A program made the translations under genes and the position numbers. 64,000 nt of DNA from a virus (lineage: Duplodnaviria > Caudoviricetes). Positions 58,501 to 64,000 of this stretch are shown here, in pieces (the stretch's first letter is position 1; every line of letters begins with the position of its first letter). The notes beneath the pieces are model-generated. The model worked only from the letters and a program-made list of their open reading frames with translations. It ran no database searches and was not told the DNA's origin. Location of the stretch: IMG/VR virus record IMGVR_UViG_3300031992_000011; one strand, written 5' to 3'.

Positions 58501-61294
58501 GAATGAAATTGTGACAAAGGGCGGTGCGTATGTGACCGGTGGGGTCGACCACGACAAGTTCATCACGATAGAACTTCCGCGGTCAAACGCCCTTCTGCAC
58601 TACAATGATGTCAAACGCGATATCGACCATTATGAGCAGTTCATCAAGGAAAAGGCGTCGTGCACCAAATATCGCATTATCGCGACAATAAGACCGTACA
58701 TGACTAATGTTCTGCTTAATCCTTATACAGAAATAGTCAGAATTGACGACAACAGCACCAAAATCATAATACAGCCTGGTGAAAATTTTGGTAGCCAATT
58801 CAGCAAAGTGAACGGAAATCAAAACCCGACAAAGGCAGACATGATTCAGAACACCGAATATTCACATCCGGAACACGGAGGCTGCATTTACCTCCCCGGA
58901 CACGACATATTCGACAACCATTTGTTGAGAAACACGGGGTTCTCGGTCATCACGACAAACAACGGAAGGAATAGAAACGTATTCAACACGATATCAGACT
59001 ACGCCAGAAACGAAGACGGGAGTGTGGTAAAAATAGCGGTGCGTGAGGATGTGAATAATGTGACAGACAAAGAGAGACATCTGTACCGCATTGGGGATAT
59101 AATGAGCTATGAAGATAGCCGTGAGAACAATCTTGTCGAGGAGAACGGATGGTTCGGGTTCATGAACGCGTCGACACTGAAGACCACGTACGCCCCCTCA
59201 TCCGGTGCTGCGCAAAGACAGGAAACATGGTGGAACTGTGTAGACAACAGCAAAAATCCATGTGATTTCATTGACATGTATCCCGGAAGAAGAGAGTTCT
59301 CCATGATACCACAAGTTAACCCCATCACAAATGAAACGGAAACAAACTGGGATTTTGTTCTCACCTATCCGTCATCACACTATCGTGACGGGAACATCAT
59401 CAACGAAAGCATCGGCGCCGTTGCGGTTGTATGGTCGCTCACAGTAACTGAGGGTCAAAACTCGATGCTTCTATACATGAGAACGCCGTTCGCCCATAAT
59501 CTCGAACGAGGTGATGAGATAAAATTGTACATATACAAGGCGGCAAACGGCAACGACGGACCGGGTTACGTCGAATTAAACGAGGATGAGCATTTCACGG
59601 TGGCCGGTGTTGGCAATGCATCCGGTGAATATCCGGACATTTATTTCTTTGTCCGAATTTATCAAGACGCCGAAAATACAGACGACGTTATTTTTGACGA
59701 AGGAGAACACGACGCATTCTTTGCCGGTGCAGGAAACACTCAAACAAGGAACGTTTTGCTACGGTACAAAAAAGTCGTAAATGGGAACGAGTGCGACTAT
59801 TATATCAGACGTTTCAAACAAGTTGACGACAAAACATTATCCGAGAATTACAGGTTGTCATTCGCAAAAAGCATATATGACGACAACATACTTCAGATAA
59901 CGTTCACAGACACTGTCAATGTCGACGGAATCAAGGACAACAGAGGAAGACCGGTGACATCACTTTATTTGACGGCGTTAAAAAAGACATCTTCAAAAAC
60001 CGATTACGACGGATACAAAACAGATACGAGCCTGTGCAGATGTTTCGGTCCGCTTTCGTACGGTTTCGATTATGCACAGACATCGGTAGACGCCACTTTA
60101 AATAAGTTTAACGAAGCAAGCGAACACTTAAGAGACGTTCACTACATCATCCACGATGATGAAGACGACGCTCCGATACAAGATGCCGATTCCCGAGAAT
60201 ATATGGGTGACTTGGTCGAATATTCACCGTACACCGACACTGAGACAATTCTTTGTGGGGTATGTTACCGTTTCAACACGATGCAGAGGGAATACCTTGA
60301 CTTTGAACCTGACATTGGTGACAAGCAACCGACGATAACTTATCATGAAATTTCAGCGGATGACGAAGTGAAAGAAGACGGAACGTTGTCCGGTGATAAC
60401 GGGTTTAAGGTTGAATCAAGAAAAGAGGTTGTGAACAAAAAACAAGAGGGATATTATTATCGGCCGCATTACCAAATACAGATACGGCAGTTTGGTGAAC
60501 TACAGTCCGGAAAACATCGTGAGATGTCCGTGATAGAAGCACACCCTGTCGCTTCTGATTCTGTTTACGTTTCTGTGCGAACCCGCGCACCGCACAGGAT
60601 GTCGGTCGGGGACACGGTAATACTGAGACTGTCAAACACCAACCAGTACACAAACTTCCATGTCACTTCCGTAGAAAACAGCGTCAGGTTCGGAATCCGC
60701 CCATACGACGGACGGTGGGCGTTTAAAGAAGTTGGCGATGACAACACGACCAAATATACCCCATATACATGGATATCTTTGTGCAAGTACTTGTCGTCCG
60801 ACATTCCTTCGCTGACCTATAAGATATGCGGCGCACTTTGGGAAAAATACATGGATGTAGGCGTCAACGACAAAGCCAAATACTACAGATACTGGCAGTA
60901 CATAAAAAGCGGACAGTATTTTGACAGGGGAATGGAACAAGCCATTGAAGACTTGGGATACTCAGATGATTTCAATGACCTTCGGAATGCGTCCAACGTC
61001 CTGTTTCTTGCGCAAAACAAGGACATACCTGACTACGCGACCCAGACCGGACCGAACAGTTATGTGTGGCATGAGATATACAGCAACGGGGACGACAGGG
61101 CGACCGGCATACCGGACTATACGTTCGCAAACGGGGCGATATACCTGACGCCGAATTTCGGGATTTATCTCAAAAGACAAGACCCGGAAGGCATAAGTCA
61201 ACTGAACGACGAAAAGACACCGCCGGACATCATGGGTGACATAATGGACAAGTCTAATTATGAATACATCGAAGAAATAGACACGACATGCTGA
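58493..61294 (+). CDS. putative virion structural protein, 933 aa
   Basis: Overlapping operon structure, beta-rich, with repeated PH.L..GD.V motifs. Confidence 0.6.
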   Translation: MDRNEIVTKGGAYVTGGVDHDKFITIELPRSNALLHYNDVKRDIDHYEQFIKEKASCTKYRIIATIRPYMTNVLLNPYTEIVRIDDNSTKIIIQPGENFGSQFSKVNGNQNPTKADMIQNTEYSHPEHGGCIYLPGHDIFDNHLLRNTGFSVITTNNGRNRNVFNTISDYARNEDGSVVKIAVREDVNNVTDKERHLYRIGDIMSYEDSRENNLVEENGWFGFMNASTLKTTYAPSSGAAQRQETWWNCVDNSKNPCDFIDMYPGRREFSMIPQVNPITNETETNWDFVLTYPSSHYRDGNIINESIGAVAVVWSLTVTEGQNSMLLYMRTPFAHNLERGDEIKLYIYKAANGNDGPGYVELNEDEHFTVAGVGNASGEYPDIYFFVRIYQDAENTDDVIFDEGEHDAFFAGAGNTQTRNVLLRYKKVVNGNECDYYIRRFKQVDDKTLSENYRLSFAKSIYDDNILQITFTDTVNVDGIKDNRGRPVTSLYLTALKKTSSKTDYDGYKTDTSLCRCFGPLSYGFDYAQTSVDATLNKFNEASEHLRDVHYIIHDDEDDAPIQDADSREYMGDLVEYSPYTDTETILCGVCYRFNTMQREYLDFEPDIGDKQPTITYHEISADDEVKEDGTLSGDNGFKVESRKEVVNKKQEGYYYRPHYQIQIRQFGELQSGKHREMSVIEAHPVASDSVYVSVRTRAPHRMSVGDTVILRLSNTNQYTNFHVTSVENSVRFGIRPYDGRWAFKEVGDDNTTKYTPYTWISLCKYLSSDIPSLTYKICGALWEKYMDVGVNDKAKYYRYWQYIKSGQYFDRGMEQAIEDLGYSDDFNDLRNASNVLFLAQNKDIPDYATQTGPNSYVWHEIYSNGDDRATGIPDYTFANGAIYLTPNFGIYLKRQDPEGISQLNDEKTPPDIMGDIMDKSNYEYIEEIDTTC

Positions 61295-63075
61295 AATACA
61301 ATGTGAACATCAATGACGTCTATGAAGACCTTGAACGGTTGGACGTGATAGATATCGACCTGTCAGACTACACCGGAAATGACGGCACAGAGACCGGACA
61401 GGTCTATACGACCATCACAGTTTCCGACCCGTGGCGTGTCGGGGTCGGCGACCTCATCACCGCCAAGATGCTCAGGACTGTGGACGATCAAGACAATGAA
61501 CGCGACGGACATTTCACAGACTCATACAAAGTCACGTCAGTGTCAGACGACGGACTGTCGTTCACAGTGCCGCATGGACGGAGGTATGAACTGGACGGGA
61601 GAAGCGCTGACATATATGCGGTGACCGGCGAGGACGGCACTCAGACATATTACATCGAAATCCGTTTCAACCAACTGCATTTCTTCCGCGAATCCGACTC
61701 GATAACATTGTACATCACCGACCACAACGGAGAGGAGATTCCCGCACAGTGTGATTTTGTCGATGTCATGGCTGTAAGGCATGAATACGATCCAGAAAGC
61801 CAAGACGACATCATGTTGCTGAACATGCTCACCGGCAATGCAGAAAATGGTGAATACTTCAACATTGATTTGAGCCGTTTCACGATAACACGCGACCAGT
61901 TCATGTTCGAACCGTACGGATACAACGACCACATACTCGACCTATATGTCCAGAAAACTGCGAGAAGCGTACAGTTGCCGCTTTCTGTCAAATTCGCCAC
62001 CGACATGTACCAAGACGGGAACCGCGAGGCGTTCGCCCAAAGACTTCTTGACTCGTCGATAAATTCAATACGCGAGAACGAGAAGGATGTCTATTACCCG
62101 TGCAAAGGGTTAGACGGTGACAGAAACCCCGTCGAAGTCGTCAAACTGATAAAATTCAACCTTCATATGAGGAAGAGGAGCAAAGAAGGATGGAATGTCG
62201 AGACAGGTGCCGGATGGAACACCATTTCCAGCAACCCATATGGCAATGGCAATCGGGAGTACCAATCAGACCTGTTGTGTCATCTCGGGTTCACGAACAA
62301 TGACGTCCGTTTTCAAAAAAACACGTTGAGGCACACGTTCATAAGGCTTCTTTTCTTTGACAGTCCGAATCCTGCGACACAGACGCTGCTCGCAGAGTCC
62401 ACAGTTTTTTACAACGCCCCGCTCGCATTCGCCAGATATGCCAAATATTACACTGAGGATGCGGACAATTATGTCGCATGGGATGACAACGGTGAACCAC
62501 CGACGCAATTGAATGGCGACAGTAAACCACCGACGCAATTGAATGGAATAAGGGTGACACGAGAGTACTTTCCGGACAGCAATAAACAACACGACTTTCC
62601 TTATATCGACGAAAGGAGACTCGGCGCACAGTTTGTCACCGGTGACCGCGAGACGGAATGGTCATCTGACGGGTTCTACCTGTATCTGTGGCATGATATC
62701 GGAAATACAGACGCAGAAACAGACAACACGTTATACATGCGGGTCGAACTAAACCACGCCGGATACGGAAGAATAGTTCCGTTCATGTATCCTTATTATG
62801 ACGATGGCGGGCAAAATAACCACGTCAAAACAATGAGCGAAATATTAGATGATTTTAATGGCAATACACAATATGACATTGAGACATACATGGACTATGC
62901 CCATATAAGAATAAAGTACGAAAAAGCATCCGACGGCAGGTGTGTGTATTATCTTGACACGGCGAAATATGGCGATGGCATGTATAAAAACGGCACACTT
63001 TACATTAACCTGTACGAGGCAAGAATAAAGGAGGAGAACACCAATGAAGAAAATACAGAGGAAGGTGGGGATTGA
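61288..63075 (+). CDS. putative virion structural protein, 595 aa
   Basis: Overlapping operon structure, acidic and beta-rich. Confidence 0.6.
   Translation: MLKYNVNINDVYEDLERLDVIDIDLSDYTGNDGTETGQVYTTITVSDPWRVGVGDLITAKMLRTVDDQDNERDGHFTDSYKVTSVSDDGLSFTVPHGRRYELDGRSADIYAVTGEDGTQTYYIEIRFNQLHFFRESDSITLYITDHNGEEIPAQCDFVDVMAVRHEYDPESQDDIMLLNMLTGNAENGEYFNIDLSRFTITRDQFMFEPYGYNDHILDLYVQKTARSVQLPLSVKFATDMYQDGNREAFAQRLLDSSINSIRENEKDVYYPCKGLDGDRNPVEVVKLIKFNLHMRKRSKEGWNVETGAGWNTISSNPYGNGNREYQSDLLCHLGFTNNDVRFQKNTLRHTFIRLLFFDSPNPATQTLLAESTVFYNAPLAFARYAKYYTEDADNYVAWDDNGEPPTQLNGDSKPPTQLNGIRVTREYFPDSNKQHDFPYIDERRLGAQFVTGDRETEWSSDGFYLYLWHDIGNTDAETDNTLYMRVELNHAGYGRIVPFMYPYYDDGGQNNHVKTMSEILDDFNGNTQYDIETYMDYAHIRIKYEKASDGRCVYYLDTAKYGDGMYKNGTLYINLYEARIKEENTNEENTEEGGD
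62495..62546 (+). repeat. in-frame 30-bp-period tandem duplication (PPTQLNG twice)
   Basis: AACCACCGACGCAATTGAATGG at 62495-62516 and 62525-62546. Confidence 0.9.
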
Positions 63076-64000
63076 GTGCATGACCAGCCGCATTCCGGGA
63101 CTGTTCGCGTATATTGACTACTCCGAAACCGGAGGCACAGTTCTGCGGAAGGCCACCGAGAGTTCAGACGGGTGTTACGGGAAGGTTGTCGAAGCCATCG
63201 TGTGCCCGTGCCAGCTGACAGTCGACGGAGAAGACATCATACTCCGGGCACACATATACAACTACAGCGAACTGATGTCAGCTTATTACACATACAAGGA
63301 CATCACGCCGGCAAAACACCCGTTCATGAAGATGATGCGCGACGCCATCGGGGAGGTGCATCCAAGAGACACAGGAAAGTTCACAGAAGAAGAAGACCTT
63401 GTTCCGGAGACACTGTATCTTTCCAACGCAAGAACGTTGCTTAAAGAGATGGATGCGCTCAAGAAGGCGTGCGACATGCTGGACACACTCGCAGAGATGG
63501 GGGAAGAAGACACCGAAATTTGCTGCCGATGCGAAAAATACAAGAGAATGGGCGGACAGAAGATGCAGGAACTACTGGCGGAACTAATTGAAAAGGCGGA
63601 AAACACGGCGAACAGCATGTACAACCTCGCCAGATACGGCAAGGGTAGACTGTCATTGAATATACCGCTAACTCTAACGAAGAAAGAAATCGGACACTAT
63701 GGTCTGGCGGAAAAAGACCTCAAGAAAGGGGAAGAACAGATTAAAGAAGGCACAACCATACAATATTGTTCAGTGAAAGACACAAGCCGTCTGACATCAT
63801 TAAGAGGAGAGGCACCGTCAGACGCTTATGGAAATCCTGCGACACCTGGTTCCGATGAGGATTTTTTGGGGTACTACACTGTGGGGAAAATACGGAATGC
63901 GCAGTACGAGAGAGATGAGAATGGGAATATAACCGGATGTGTTGGCGACCAAATACAAAACATAACAGTCAATGAGGGCACCCGAACGCTCACATTTGAG
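63044..64000 (+). CDS. hypothetical protein truncated by the window end (MKKIQRKVGIECMTSRIPGLF...)
   Basis: Manual translation from ATG 63044. The frame is consistent with the final codons of the window. Not in the ORF track. Confidence 0.8.
   Translation, partial: MKKIQRKVGIECMTSRIPGLFAYIDYSETGGTVLRKATESSDGCYGKVVEAIVCPCQLTVDGEDIILRAHIYNYSELMSAYYTYKDITPAKHPFMKMMRDAIGEVHPRDTGKFTEEEDLVPETLYLSNARTLLKEMDALKKACDMLDTLAEMGEEDTEICCRCEKYKRMGGQKMQELLAELIEKAENTANSMYNLARYGKGRLSLNIPLTLTKKEIGHYGLAEKDLKKGEEQIKEGTTIQYCSVKDTSRLTSLRGEAPSDAYGNPATPGSDEDFLGYYTVGKIRNAQYERDENGNITGCVGDQIQNITVNEGTRTLTFE

Noticed and set aside
62495-62546. 30-bp tandem duplication as a functional repeat locus
   Set aside because: Only two in-frame copies in a probable loop, most simply a slippage duplication.
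250-63656. Numerous antisense and alternate-frame ORFs in the track (e.g. 5067..5777, 12403..13110, 18852..19547, 19287..19976)
   Set aside because: They are shadows of well-supported genes, with no motifs or expression signals of their own.
1-64000. Stop-codon reassignment (TAG to Gln, as in Lak and some crAss-like phages)
   Set aside because: Long genes are intact in the standard code, and TAG terminates genes at sensible positions (17037, 35455, 42564, 44086, 58500).
1-64000. CRISPR array, tRNA or rRNA genes, DGR, retron, integrase
   Set aside because: No regularly spaced repeats, cloverleaf, reverse transcriptase or recombinase motifs were seen by eye. tRNAscan and Infernal were not run.

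Overview
This window is a 64-kb segment of a large (jumbo-type) contractile-tailed dsDNA phage with T4-like structural genes, read in the standard genetic code. The host is most likely an anaerobic Bacteroidota species, inferred from TTTG-N19-21-TAnnTTTG promoters and class III nrdD/nrdG. Virion genes include neck gp13/gp14-like, gp15-like, tail sheath, a tail chaperone pair, tape measure, a tube-initiator-like protein, gp53-, gp25- and gp6-like baseplate proteins, a hub with an M15 peptidase, a tail lysozyme-SGNH fusion and several giant baseplate-region proteins. These are interleaved with DNA metabolism genes (SNF2 helicase, DEDDh exonuclease, gp32-like SSB, tdk, RecA/UvsX, 5'-3' exonuclease, DnaB/gp41 helicase, nrdDG), two DNA methyltransferases and a phage-borne metK. 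The most notable candidate system is a set of putative late genes sharing an amphipathic helix plus L/I-x-E motif, read as capsid targeting and prohead-protease processing. One member fuses a 2H phosphoesterase to an EcoRI-family adenine methyltransferase, and another leaves a very acidic 57-aa peptide, suggesting virion-delivered counter-defence cargo. Also seen are a sense-strand TATTTA late-promoter motif, two candidate anti-start-codon sRNAs, an origin-like repeat element and a decayed homing endonuclease beside recA. All family calls come from motif recognition by eye; no database searches were run.
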